From Camelus ferus (taxonomy: Eukaryota), in NCBI RefSeq assembly GCF_009834535.1, contig NC_045696.1, forward strand, positions 80,726,001 through 80,790,000: a DNA stretch of 64,000 nt, given 5' to 3'. The notes under the pieces were generated by a model. It was not told the origin of the DNA. It did not search any database and saw nothing but the letters and a program-made list of their open reading frames with translations. Shown one piece after another: positions 27,049 through 39,511 of the stretch. Made by a program: the position numbers and the translations under genes. Position 1 is the stretch's first letter, and every line of letters starts with the position of its first letter.

Positions 27049-27563
27049 TATTTGTAAGAGCAATGCTACATGGATCTAAAATGACCTACAGGGGCTCTTT
27101 GGCCCCTCAAAACACTTCTTGGGTGGTTTCCCAGGGGCGTCCTTGTTCAAAGGCATTTCCTTCCTTCCTTTTCCCCTCCACTCCTGCTCCTCCCCGTGGT
27201 CCAGTGGAGAGGATCGCAAGGTGTGCAGCTGGTTTCTGCTGACCTGCAGCCCGCTCATGAATGTGAGATTAGATCTTCAAATCGGTGCTATCAGCATTTT
27301 ACCAAAATACTTCACTGATGTGTAATAACTCATTTATACAAAAAAAGGAATGGCAAAAAAAAAAAAAAAAAAAGATCGCAATCGGAAAGACAGATCTAAT
27401 TTCTGAACAGAGTCATTTGAAAGGTCCCCAGAGATATTTTCTTCTGACAGCACTAAAGTCACATTAGAAGTAGGCCAGAAGATCATGCCAGTGTTTGCGA
27501 GGGCTCAGTTTTGAGCTTGTCTCAGAGGGATCTGAGCTACATGGCTTTTTGAGCTCCTTTGTT

Positions 27564-27754
27564 TTTTTTGCTTTTGTGTTTTTAAACATTTTTTTTTTAT
27601 TAAAGTGTAGTTGGTTTACAATGTTGTGTTAGTTTTTGGTGTACAGCATAGTGATTCAGTTATACATATGTATATTCCTTTTCATAATCTTTTTCATTAT
27701 AGTTTATTACAAGCTATTGAACATATGTCCCTGTGCTATACAGTAGGATCTTGT
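27564..27754 (-). mobile_element. Artiodactyl-type L1 3' end with degraded A-tail
   Basis: tagttggtttacaatgttgtgttagttt...ccctgtgctatacagtagga. TSD tttga(gc/ag)tcctttgtt at 27548-27563 and 27755-27770. Confidence 0.85.
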
Positions 27755-28299
27755 TTTGAAGTCCTTTGTTGATAGGATTTTGTGGTTCTGAGACCTGGAA
27801 GCCTTGGAACTCCTCTGAAGCAGGCACAAAAATTTCTATTTTTTTTTTTTTTTTTTTTTTGGTGGGGTCCCAGGACAGTTGAAAGTGACCAGTACTCCAA
27901 CTCCTAAGCAGGCAGGGCTGAAGGAAAGAAGGAAGGAAGACAAGGAGGGAGAAAGAAAGGAGAGGGATGGAGAGATGAGGGAGGAAAAACAAGAACAATA
28001 TTTAATATTTAAAGACCACCAAGTATGGTGTGCATACCTCTGAGCACTTTCTCCCGTTATAGTTTATGTGTGTGTGTGTGTGTTCATGAGAAAGAGAGAG
28101 AAGAAAGGAGCGGAGGGGAGTGGAGAGAAGGGGAGAGGGGAGGATGGGAGAGGAGAGAAAATAATGGGTACAAATGGCTTGCATTTTAATCTTCATTTCA
28201 TTTACTTCACCAGCCATCTTTAAATTAGTTCTTCTCAACCCACCCCCACCCCCTACCCACCACCTGCCCCACCCAGTACACTAAGACCTTGTCTTATCA

Positions 28300-28620
28300 C
28301 AGTCGTCCTCAGAAGCCTTCCTTGACCACCCCAGCCCAGGGCAGTTTGCCCCCTTGGTCTCTCACTCCCTATTTGAACTGGCCATTTGGCCCATATCAAT
28401 GACAGGCTGGTGGTGCCACTTATCTCATCCTGTGTGTATGTCTTATCTGTCCAATTAGATTCAGGGTTTTTTTGTTTTTTTTTTTTTTTTTTAGATTCAG
28501 GGTTCTTAAAAGCAAGAACTACTATCTTTTTTTTTTCTTTCCAATTTTATCCTATAGGAGCTTAGCACAGTGCTTCACACATTGTAGTAGGTGGTCAATA
28601 ATTATTTGTTGATTGATTAA
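28300..28620 (+). mobile_element. L2 3' end containing a poly(A)-only insertion
   Basis: agaagccttccttgaccacc...cttagcacagtgcttcacac...taggtggtcaataattatttgttgattga. Confidence 0.65.
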
Positions 28621-29159
28621 TTAAACAGCTAAGAAAATAATGTATTTTTCAAGACCACCTTGTTGGCTAAAAGAACAGCAAAGGTTTAGTAAACAAGGCA
28701 TTTTTCTTTATGGGGAACTGAAATCCTTCAAGGTTCAAATTGGAATGACTTCAGGTTGAGGATAATTCCATTTCTGCTCTTGTAGTAATGCCTCACATTT
28801 AACAGACAAAATATCCACCCAGCTGTAGTATCCATTTCAGGTGATATATTTTAACAAAAGAGAATTTTTGAAGAGATCTGCGTTGAGCTGGCTAGAAGGA
28901 AAGCAAGCCTCAGTTGCTGAGGAGCATTATTTCTGCTTTCACATCCACCCACATCCCATCAACATAACAAAATTTCCCTCTTCAGATTTCTCTCCAGAAG
29001 CACCATTTTTCACGGTAGCCAAAGATGTACTTAGGACTAATTTTCCTTCCTGCTGTATTTTTGTTCAGATCAAACTGTTCAGCTTAGATTAGAAGTCAGA
29101 GGGGTATTTTTTTTGTATCCTGGACAGGTCTGAAAATAGACTTTGTCACAACAAGCAGC

Positions 29160-29350
29160 AATTACAGAGCACTTAATATTTGTAAAGTGCTTTCCAATCT
29201 TTTACCAGTTTGCCTTTGAAATAATATTGTTGATGTGGGCTCCTTATCTTCTGAATTTCCAGATGGAGAAAGGGCAGAGAGGTTAAGCGGCCTGCCTGAA
29301 ATGTGATAGTCTGTTACTAGTAATGCTCCAGTATTAGTGCTCCACAACTC
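29160..29350 (-). mobile_element. MIR fragment
   Basis: cagatggagaaagggcagagaggttaag MIR core, antisense. Confidence 0.55.
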
Positions 29351-31199
29351 CTCAGTGACAAATACTATCCCTGCTTCCTTTCTAGTTCTGAAGGAAAACA
29401 GAAGCCCAGAGGTGCCCATTAGACACTGCTTTGTAGGGTGGGAGAAGTATTTAGTTCCTGATTTTTATTTGCTAAGCGATTAGAAAGTGCCTTAACAAAG
29501 TAAGACTGATTAAGGACGTTTTATGTAACTTCGTGAATGAAGAAAATAATTTTGTGGTACAGAAGTGTGTATAAAGCTACATAGGACTTTTTTTTTTTTT
29601 TAGCACTCAAATAGTTAAAACCCCAATTTGAAAGCGAATGATAAAATTCTCCTTTGCTAAACACTTTTTATTTTCTTTCCATTTTATTTGAGATAATTTT
29701 ATGCATTGAGAGAAGGGGCAATGGGCTCCAACTGCTGACTGAGGGTGGTCGGCTTTCCCCTGACCAGAGTTTCTAGAGGCCAATACCAGGACCCCATCCT
29801 ACCAACTTAGCACTCTTGAACTGAGGGAGTGACCTGGAATGACCTGGAGCGCTGCTCTTCTTCTCTAGATCCATTTAGGTGAATCATAGACACTTCTTCG
29901 AGAACTAAAGAGTGCCATTTTGGGGGATGCTGTTTTGCTCTGATTGCCTCTTGTATTGTGATTGGTTTTCCTCTTGGGAGACAGACTGCAAATGGAGGGG
30001 TGCAACTGTCAATAAAATAGATTTTTGCCCAAGTTAATTGCTATTTCTGCTCATATAGATCCAGTTATTAGTTTGGTGCTTGCCTGCATGTGGAGCAGGG
30101 TCCTATGCCTCTAACTTCAGCATCGTTGGTGAAGTAATATATCAAGCTCCTGTAAGTATTTAAATTCTTTGCCCATAAGCTAAACAGAGATGAGGAATCC
30201 CACCACCTCTTCAGGCCCACTAGCCGAGAATCTCTTGCCCAGGCTTTCAAGGAATGCGCTCACTGGTGGCACTCTGGAAAAGCTGGGTAGAGAGTGACTC
30301 TTACCTTCCCTTTGCTTCTCTATGTATCAAGAAATGCTTTAGAAGGACCTGTGCATCTAGGAAGGTCTCCAGAGCTCAGATACTTTTGGCCTCATCTTCG
30401 AAACTACTCATCAAGTAGAGGTTGCAAACACTGATATATGAGAAAGAAAACAAAAAAAAAGATCAAATCGAGGAAACCACAAAGTCATCCAAAAGTTACT
30501 TCTAGGGAAGAGAAGAGTGCTCGTATTTGAAGTAGCCCACCTCTTTCATTCTCTGAGAAAAGACTTTATGCCCGTCTTAGTTAAATAAGTTCACAGTAAT
30601 TCTTAGAATTTATGTGAAAGAGAAAATAAAAGGCGTTGTCTTCATCCCTTCTGATGGCTACATTTGTCTTATGCCTGCATAAAGGCAAGTCTTTAGAAAT
30701 ATGGCCTTCAGTCTCTGTTAACATATCCATTAAAGTCTAACGGTCTTTATAGTATTAATATTGACTTATTTTTGATGACTATAATTTGTCTCTTTTCTTC
30801 CCCTACACATCACCAAGGGCAGGACTTTCCTGCCCCAGGAGGTTTAGAGGCAAATGAAAAAGTCATTTTGGAAGTAACACTCCAAAGCAACGTCACTATG
30901 ATAATCCAAGGAGAATGTAACCATAGAATATACTTCTTTTTTATTTCATGGTTGGTATGTTTATTACCTATTTATTCCATTCTATATCTCTGGGAAAAGC
31001 TTGATATTAAAAATATTTTTCCTTTTTTCAAAGTATGTCTTTAGGCTGAGGAAGAAACCTGGCAACTTAGGGTGGGGTATTTGGGTATATGGACACTAAT
31101 AAAAGCCAGCATTTTCACCTTCTGGTATCATTTTTTTGAACTCCTTTATCAAGAGCCTCTAGGATAAGCCCTAGTTGGACTTCTGCATTTATAGCAGAA

Positions 31200-31460
31200 A
31201 ATAATAATAGGTGACATTTATTAGGCGCTGTTTCTGTGAAAGGCAGTGAGACAACCACTTGGCATGTAGTGCTCTACACAACTAGCCTATGATAATACCA
31301 ATACAAAGCCCAAGATAATGCTAGGGTTTTAGTACCTGAGTGAGCCGATGAAAGAGACTGAGCTCAGGATGGTTAAGGGAATTGCATGTGGTCACGCTGC
31401 TCATGGGAAACAAAAATCAAACAAGAACTGGACAGTTTTATTCAGAGCCACGTCCTTGGC
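31200..31460 (-). mobile_element. MIR
   Basis: ataataataggtgacatttatt...gatgaaagagactgagctcagg...ggttaag...ggtcac. Confidence 0.65.
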
Positions 31461-32131
31461 CCTTCCATGAGCTGCGTCCAGCTCTTTGTGGGTCATCACC
31501 TGGGGGAGTAGGAGAACATCCTCCCACACCTCATAGGCCGTGGTCCACTCTTTGCTCAGCACTTGCTCTATTTCCTGAACTGTACTGAAATCCACAAACC
31601 CAAGGGAAAAAAAATGTCCACAAAATACCATGGAAGAGAATGAAACTTATTATGATAAAGAATAGATGTATGCTGATGGGCTGAAAAGACCAAAAGAGAA
31701 CGACAGAGGTACTTTATTCTGGTGGACACAAATTACCGTTATTTCCTCAAAGCCTTAAAATTGCTGGTTAGGGAGGAAGTGCCACCACTCAGTCTCTAGG
31801 ATTAGTGATAAGGAGGCATAATGATCCTTCCCCACTCCCTCCCTACCAGTAAAATGATTTCAGGAAACCAGGGGGAGGGAGTGTTTAACATAAGGAGGCT
31901 GCGACCTTACAGTCAGTGGTTTACGAACCTCAAGAATAATATAATAACCTGAGAAGTTGGGATGGGATGGGAGAAAGAATTAATGTGTTCAATGGATCAA
32001 ATTACACCAAGAATCAATGTATATACATATATTGGTGATGGTGACATTGTTTCTAGGGCACAGAGTACAACAAGGGGTGAATTAATAAATTTGCTTCTGA
32101 AAATGCCTAGTTTAATATGAAGGAAGGACAT

Positions 32132-32481
32132 TGCTATAGACTTAATGTTTGTGTCCCCCCAGGTTTATATGTTGAAATTCTATTGCCCAATGCGATGGTA
32201 TTAGGAAGTGGGGCCTTTGGGAAATGAAGAAGTCATGAGGGTGGAGTCTCCAAGAATGGGATTAGTACCTTTATAAAAGAGATCCCAGAGAGCTCCTTCA
32301 CCCTTTCTGCCATGTGAGAACACAGACAGAGGATGGCCCATCTGTGAACCAGGAAGTGGGTCTTCACGAGATACGGAATCTGCCAATGACTTGATCTTAG
32401 ACTTCTCAGCCTCCAGACTTGTTGTTTATATGCCAACAGGTTTATGGTATTCTGTAATAGTAGCCTGAACAGTTTAAGAAA
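32132..32481 (+). mobile_element. MLT1A0-like MaLR solo LTR
   Basis: tgctatagacttaatgtttgtgtcccccc...gatcttagacttctcagcctccaga. Perfect 5-bp TSD GACAT at 32127-32131 and 32482-32486. Confidence 0.9.
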
Positions 32482-32539
32482 GACATCCAAGTGCAGAGGA
32501 ACACTAAAAATTATTGTCTAGCACCTAAAAAAAGAGAGA

Positions 32540-33000
32540 AGACTGGACTTATAGATCCTAAAGCTGACATCAGGGAGGAGACAGTTGAGGCCATGGAACT
32601 AGGCGAGTTGCCCAAAGAGAGACTATAAGGTGAGAAGACAAGGAGACTGAGACTGAAGACTGAACTTTGGAGAACACCTACATTTAGGGAGCAGGATGAA
32701 TATAACAGAAGCTGGTGAGGAAAACCAAGAAGAATCTATCAGAGGCAAAGAAGGAGCACACGCTGCAGGGCTAGAGAGGTCTGAGAAAACTGACTCCACA
32801 GTGTCTGATGCTTGGAGAGGACAAGCAGGAGGAGCACCAACAAAGATGCCTTTGGATGTGGTGTTGAGAGGTGACGAGTGATGTCGGGAAAGCCGCTTTA
32901 GTAGAGAAGGGAGATTAGACGGCAGGAGGGTTAGGGCGAGAAGGGGGAATAAGCAAATGTAGATGATGCTTTTGGTAAGTTCGGGATGGAAAAGAAGGTG
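32540..33000 (-). mobile_element. L2 fragment
   Basis: gttgaggccatggaa...actgaactttggagaacacctacattta...gaggaaaaccaaga. Confidence 0.6.
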
Positions 33001-33189
33001 AGTTATGTGTGGGAAAATAGCTTAAGAGAAAGGCAGTGTTTCTGGAAAGCTTAGCTGTATATCTTGGCAAGTCATCCTATATCCTTTCTTTAGGGCAAAG
33101 GTTTTAGCCAAAAATAAATTGTGCTAGAAATCTCACTACAGTTCTTGGTAAATTCTAAAATATATCATCAGTACTTTATAGGTGTGGCC

Positions 33190-33558
33190 AGGAAGAATTC
33201 CGCAAGGGTGGGCATGTGACTCAAGAGGGACTAGGTGGAATCAGCCCCCGGACTGTGTCTGGAGTGACCCAGAAATTCTTGGGCTGGGTTTGGAAGTTGG
33301 CCGAATGTAAGCTGAGCCCTGCCAGTGGCCATCTTTTCCATTACATGGGCTGAGCCTGCACAAGAAAGTGCCAACACTGAGGAAAACAGAAAGAGAGGGA
33401 CAGGGAGACAGAGTCTAGAGACAGAGTTCCCCTTTTAGCTGTGCCTGAAGCAAGTTCTACGTCTGCACTTTTCTGGTTCGTAAGCCAATCAACCCCACTT
33501 TTTGTTAAAACTAGTTTGTGTTGGGTGTTCTGCCAGTACAACTCAGATCAGTCTAACA
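33190..33558 (+). mobile_element. MLT1K/L-like LTR fragment
   Basis: gggcatgtgactcaag...gctgtgcctgaagc...taagccaat...ttgttaaaactagtttg. Confidence 0.6.
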
Positions 33559-34689
33559 TCACCTGGAGCCAGGTACACATGCTCTCCACAAGTACCTTCT
33601 GCATTACAGTGGGATTTTAAAGAAATGAACATTTGTCAAAATCTGTGAACTGTGATTCTGAGAACTTCTGAACTGAACTGAATTTAACACTTGTCTTTTA
33701 TTTGATTGTTGACGGGTTTCACTCTAGGAATAGGAAAACTGTAGTAAGATAAACATTAACTTTTGAGTTATGTGCACATAGTTTTCTTTGAGATGTAGTT
33801 ATGGAATGCATGCACATTAGATTGTTAAGTTGTTTTTTTTTTCCTCAAATGGAGTCTTTAAAACAAATCATGGCATTGCCACTAACAAAAAGATAATACC
33901 TTTGATCTTTTTTAAGGAAAAACTTGCCATCTTTACGATATAATTGCCAGGTTTTTAAAATCTAAAAAGACCTCTTTCCCAGGCATACCGCATGAGTTGG
34001 TCTTCCTTATTTGTTTTTGGATTGGCTCCCAGTTGACATCAGACACAGCAACAAGCTCCTTTTCTGTTTTGTGTGGTGTCAGGCAGCATCAGTTTGTGGG
34101 TTGTACATACCCAAACTCTCTCCTGAAGACTAGCCTTAACTAAATTGCCCTGAGGACAAAAGATGAGGAATTCCTCTGCCACTTGCCGAATTGAAAAAAA
34201 AAAAAAATCTAACTTTCAAAAGGAGCAGGAAGCAGCTTGTCCACAATAAATCACCAGCAAGCAAATGTTCTGAGGAGGAGAAGGTTGATATTAACAGAGG
34301 AGGCATTTTTCTCTCAGCAGAAAAGATCTTTTAGTGACTTTGGAGCTGACAGTGTTGAAAACCTAGTCAGCTAAAAATTTGAGTGCCACAAACTTAAGAA
34401 GAACTGTGATTGAGTTTTAGCCACCTGAGCATGCTTCTTCCTCTAATTGGGAGGTAGTTGCATTCAAATGTCCAAATCATCCACAGCGTTTGTAAGCTCT
34501 ACACATTTAAGACCACAGTTCATTTTTTGTTTATATATCAAGGAGTCTGACTAATCCATTTAATTATCAGTGGGAATAAAGCATCAATGAGGATAAAATT
34601 GTGGCATGACCAAAGAGTGGTTCTTTGGACCCTGCATATAATTATACATAAATTTTCTTCATGTGTTGTTATTATATATGAAAAAGAAA

Positions 34690-34830
34690 GAGGCAACGGC
34701 CTGAGGGTCAGAAGACTGGTTCCTAGGACTTGCTTTACTGCTACCAATTTAGAACCATGGATAAATTAGTTAATCTTTCTGGATCTCAGTTTTCTCAGCT
34801 GTTAACAGGGAGTTATTGGGGAGGATTCTA
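34690..34830 (+). mobile_element. MIR fragment
   Basis: gtcagaagactggttc...ttaatctttctggatctcagttttctcagctgt. Confidence 0.6.
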
Positions 34831-34846
34831 TTGAGACCTTGGCTGA

Positions 34847-35359
34847 TGTCTTAGTTACTTGCTGTGTAACAAATTATCCTGCATTGACTGACCTAAAACA
34901 ATAACCATTTTATTGTACAAACAGACTGTTTAAGTCAGATATTCAGGCAGCTGGGCAATTCTTTTGCTTTTTGAGGCAATTGCTAGGTCACTCAAAGGTG
35001 CTCAGCTGGTAGATGAGATAGCGTGAAAGATTCAGGATAATTTCACTCACATCTCTTGGCAGAGATAAGCCCAGTCTGTAGACTAGAACCCCTGCACAGA
35101 GCTTGTCTAGCATAGTGGCTTTTCCAGCCTGCTGGTCTCAGGGTGGTCAAACTTCTTTCATGGTAGCTGGCTTTTCCTAGAGCAGGCTTAATAAGAGAAC
35201 CAAGTAGTTCCAACCTAGCCTTGGAAATTGTGTGCCATCATCTTCACCACATCCTATTTGTCACAAGACTGCCCAGATTCAGGGGTAAAGTATATAGATC
35301 CCACCTTTTGATAAGGACAGTGTCAAAGAATTTGGCAGTCATATTTTAAAATCAGCACA
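34847..35359 (-). mobile_element. MLT1H-like MaLR LTR
   Basis: tgtcttagttacttgctgtgtaacaaatta...tcactcacat...gcccagattcagggg...tttaaaatcagcaCA. Confidence 0.7.
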
Positions 35360-35429
35360 TCTACTTATAGGGTCCCAAATTTTATTTCTCATTATTCTTC
35401 TCCAACGGTGTGTCCATTCCCATGTTTCT

Positions 35430-35750
35430 TTCACTCATTCATCAAATATTTTAGTTCCTACTCTGGGTCAAACATATTGGGTCACCTACAGTAAAACTGA
35501 AGAGCAAAACAGAAAGATAATTCCTGCCCTTAGGGAGCTTACAGCCCAATGAGGGGCACGCATGTTAACTGAATGCGGGTAGGTATATAATTACAAACTC
35601 TGCTAAGTGTTACAAAGGTAAGATACAAGGATCTCTGCAGTTCCACAACAGAGAGACTGATTCAACCCAGGTGCAGGGAGGCTTCCCTGAGGAAGGAATG
35701 GTCACTTTGAGATCTAAAGAATGTGTTGGACTTGGCTATGTGAACGTTAT
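35430..35750 (-). mobile_element. L2 3' end
   Basis: tcactcattcatcaaatattt...cctgcccttagggagcttaca...agggaggcttccctgagga. Confidence 0.7.
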
Positions 35751-35959
35751 CACTGCATCCCTCACAAGACTTCCTCTTGTTGCCATGTTGCCCCAAAATG
35801 TTGGTCTCCTAACTTAGAAGACGTTTTCTCTCTACTATACTTGATGGCTCCTTGGCAATAGTTTATTTCAGAAGTTATTTGTTTGAAATTGATTATGTAC
35901 CCAACCTCTTATTTGTTCTTGTCTTCAGAATTTCTACCAGCTCCCTATTTTAACTGGTA

Positions 35960-36470
35960 GAATCAGTAGGTTTAATGGGGCATTGGAGGCCCCCCGATGT
36001 GTTGGCTCCATCTTAACTTCCTGGCCTCATCTCCACCTACCCTTTTTGTAGCCTACGCTCCAGCCACACCAGCCTACTTGCTATTTCCAGGACATGCATT
36101 AATTTTCATGCCTCTGTGCCTTTGTTCTCGCTGATCTCTCTTTCTGAGATGAAATTCACCCCTTGTCTCCACCATTAAAAAACTATTCATCTTTCCATGT
36201 CTTGCTCTAGGGCCACCTCCATTATGAAGCCTTTCCTAATCTCTGGCCATAGTTATTCTATCCTTTAGTGTCCTCTGTAGCCCTTTACTGATACTTCTTT
36301 TCCATTCCACTCTGTTAGCTGTTTTGTGACTCCACTAAATTTTAAGATCTTTAAAGGCAGGAACCATTAAGAAATCATGCCTCTGTCTTCAGAGGAAAAA
36401 GGAGCCTATCACAGTGCTTTCCTCATAGTTAGTATTCAATAATTGCAGAATGAATGAATGAATGAATATG
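35960..36470 (+). mobile_element. L2 3' end
   Basis: ctacgctccagccacac...aagcctttcct...acagtgct...(aatg)n tail. Confidence 0.7.
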
Positions 36471-37112
36471 TATCATTTTTATCAGATTATAGGGCTATAA
36501 AGTGCAGGGACATTGCTATCTTTTTGTATACTTGGCATTTAGCATAGTGAGTGGTATCCAATATTGATATTTCACTGTAAATAAGCTTAGAGCTTTCATA
36601 TGACATCTTTTAAATACCACTGAACCTATTAAAATTGTTTTGCACACAATGCAGGCTACATTTTAAAGCTTTAACACTAAATTATAAATTCTTTTTAGGC
36701 AGGAGTTGTGTCTTCTCTATATCTGTGTGTTTTATACTCTCAGATATTGTTCTATATGTGAGTCACTGATCTGAAATAAAAGTGCTTGTAAACCATTTCT
36801 TAAGTTCAAAAGTTATTCAGATACTTTTCATGTTTATTATATACACATCACTCTGCTAAGCAATATGTGAATACGAGTGTATTTACACATATATATTAGT
36901 ACTCTGGGTAAACACAGTTTGCCATGGATTTGGATATGCTATGAAGGAAGTAATTTATCCTGAAAAGTAATAACCACTTCTGGTAAGTCTTTGCTGTAAT
37001 AACCCAATAATCCTTAAGTAGATCTCAATCTTGTCCTTCCGTATTGCCATTATACAAATGTTGCCACTGTACTTGTTTGCATATTGTTTTTCGTTGTATT
37101 TGAAGAGACAGT

Positions 37113-37283
37113 GCGGGAGAGTATAGCTCAGTGGTAGAGCATGTGCTTAGCATGCACGGAGTCCTGGGTTCACTCCCCAGTACCTCCATTAAAATAAATA
37201 AATAAATAAAACCCAAATTATCTCCCCTCCCCCAAAATAAACAAAAAAATTTTTTTAACATAAAATAAAATTTTAAAAAAAGA
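37113..37283 (+). mobile_element. Vic-1-type tRNA-Ala-derived SINE
   Basis: gtatagctcagtggtagagcatgtgcttagcatgcac...gggttcactccccagtacctcca, followed by (TAAA)n and an A-rich tail. Confidence 0.88.
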
Positions 37284-39239
37284 ACTGATGATGACTATCT
37301 GTATGGAGTGGTGGAGCCAAAGAGCTGGACGTGGAAATGATGGTCGTAAAGTGGCGTACGATTAGAGCTAGAAGGAGCTAGAGGACTAGTGAGTTCAGCT
37401 CCTTTATTCTACAGATGAAGCAACTGAGGTTCGAGTCCACACTCTTGCCTTCGTATCCCTTGATGCTTAATTTTGAGGCGCCAGAAGTTTAAAAAGGGGA
37501 CTTCACGGATTAAAGGAAGCACAGAGTTTATTGACTGTTTTTCCTCGAGGGTCTCTTCCAAACAGCACTGTTCTGGAACACACCTGTTGGATCTCAGTCA
37601 GAGCTTAGTAAGCACACACTTATTTATATCACAAATGACATCATCCATCCATCTCGGAAGCCATCATGCTCACCCCCACGGCTTCTCAGCGGTTGCTAAG
37701 ATGTCCCCTGATTTCATCGACCTTTGTATGCCCTGGAGCCTTGACCTTTAAGGCTCCCTGGTGCCAGAATGTCTGCAGCTGTAGGATCAAAGACCCTCAG
37801 GGGAAAAATCCAGTCTTAACTGAGATGGAGATGAGATGAGTTATTAGGAAAACCAGCTATATACCCCAGAACTCTTCTTCGTCTGGAAAATGCCTGAACT
37901 GTATCCCACGTGTAAACATCAAGCCCAAGACCTAAACACAGCACAAGCCAGAGACAGAGTCTCCTGCCTACTGGGCCAGAGGCACATTCCACCTGCCCTC
38001 TAAAACGACTTGATATGCTTGGCACATAGTAAGTGCTTAATAAATATCTGTGAAATAAATGAATGAATGAGGTGGCACATAATGAAAGAAATATATAGCA
38101 AAATTGTTAAGAGCAAAAGATCGAGGGAGAGGTTAAGATGTTAAAAATAGGGAATTAGAGATTTAAATGTAAGTCCTGAAATCAAATCTAAATTCTGTCT
38201 CCAGTTTCCTGGCAATCAAGGCAAAATGGCACTGCTGTGGTCTTTGCCTAGTTCTCATTGTAGAAGGGAATACATCACTCCTTTATCTCTTGGGAGAAAT
38301 GAGTCGTGTGAGAAATCTTTCTACTACACCAAAGTGTTGTTTATGTCTTGAGGATGTGTAAAGATTCTTCTTCGGTTTGTAGCCAAAGTGATTTTTTGCA
38401 ATAGTTTGGCAATCCGCCTCCCAAGTGGTGGTTGTCCAAAGTCTCTGCTTAAAGAGAGTATCTCCATTCTGGTTATCATCCCCAGGCTGCCTGTAGCTGC
38501 TGTTTCTTCACAATCCTCAGCCAGAACCTACCGTTTGAAGCTGAACCTCAGAGCATTCTTAAAATATTTTCTAAGCAGTCTCTCCTTACAGATGCCCTTC
38601 CTCCACTAGGCCTATAGAGCTAGATGCTAGGGTATTTTCGCAGTCTACTATACTTAGTGTGGCTTGTAATCCTTGGCCGTGTTATCTCAGGCGCCCCCTT
38701 AAGAGTCCCTTAACAAATAAAGTAACCTGAGTAGAATAAAATCCTCGTTGATGGATGGGTCTACGACTTGCAGTGCACTCAGTCCAGTCTTGCTTTACAG
38801 ATCTCCACCCTGGCTCCCTCCAGCTCAGGCTGTCCGTTCCACTTAGAGATTTTCTCCTATTTACGGCCAAGCTCCATATTTTGCCTCCTGTTGTTTGCTA
38901 TCTCTGCTATCTCCCTATCTGCAGTCATAATTCAACTTTGAGCTTATCTTGCTCGTGATATTTGCCAAACAAAGCATGTGAGAGTTTGCAGCTTTACATT
39001 CACTTTTAACCCTGGCACATATTTCTTTCAGCCCCAGAATTTTGGCGCTAAAGGGACCTTACAATTAATTTTGACTCTTTGGTTTTTATAGATGAGAAAA
39101 CTTAAGAGACCCAAAGAGGTGAGATGATTTTCTTTTTTGTCCTTAGCCTGGTGAGTTGAACCTGTTAAAACTTCTTTGTGGTGTTTACTTTCTGTATCAT
39201 CTCTGTTTTGTGGACTGACTCCTAAGATTTCATTTCCCA

Positions 39240-39310
39240 TACACCAGAAACTAACACAACATTGTAAATCTATTATACGTCAGTTAAAAAATTCAATTCA
39301 ATTAAAAAAA
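39240..39310 (+). mobile_element. ~70-bp L1 3' tip
   Basis: tacaccagaaactaacacaacattgtaaa plus an A-tail. TSD core tttcatttccca at 39228-39239 and 39315-39326. Confidence 0.8.
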
Positions 39311-39370
39311 GAGGTTTCATTTCCCAAATTCTTTTCACTTCGTACCCTGGTCAGCACCCTGCATAGTCTT

Positions 39371-39511
39371 GCTTGTATTGTTTGTTTTTTATGAAGGGGA
39401 GGTAAGTAGGTTTATTCATTCATTTCTGCTTGGAGGAGATACTGGGGATTGAAACCAGGAACGCTTGCGTGCTGCGCATGCGCTCTACCACTTGAGCTAT
39501 ACCTTTCCCCC
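39371..39511 (-). mobile_element. Vic-1-type SINE
   Basis: Antisense tactggggattgaa...gctctaccacttgagctatacc. Degenerate 17-bp TSD at 39354-39370 and 39512-39528 (14/17). Confidence 0.85.

Noticed and set aside
37113..37187. tRNA-Ala gene (also at 39435-39511 and 48803-48874)
   Set aside because: Each is followed by the SINE tail, and two have TSDs; these are SINE heads, not tRNA genes.
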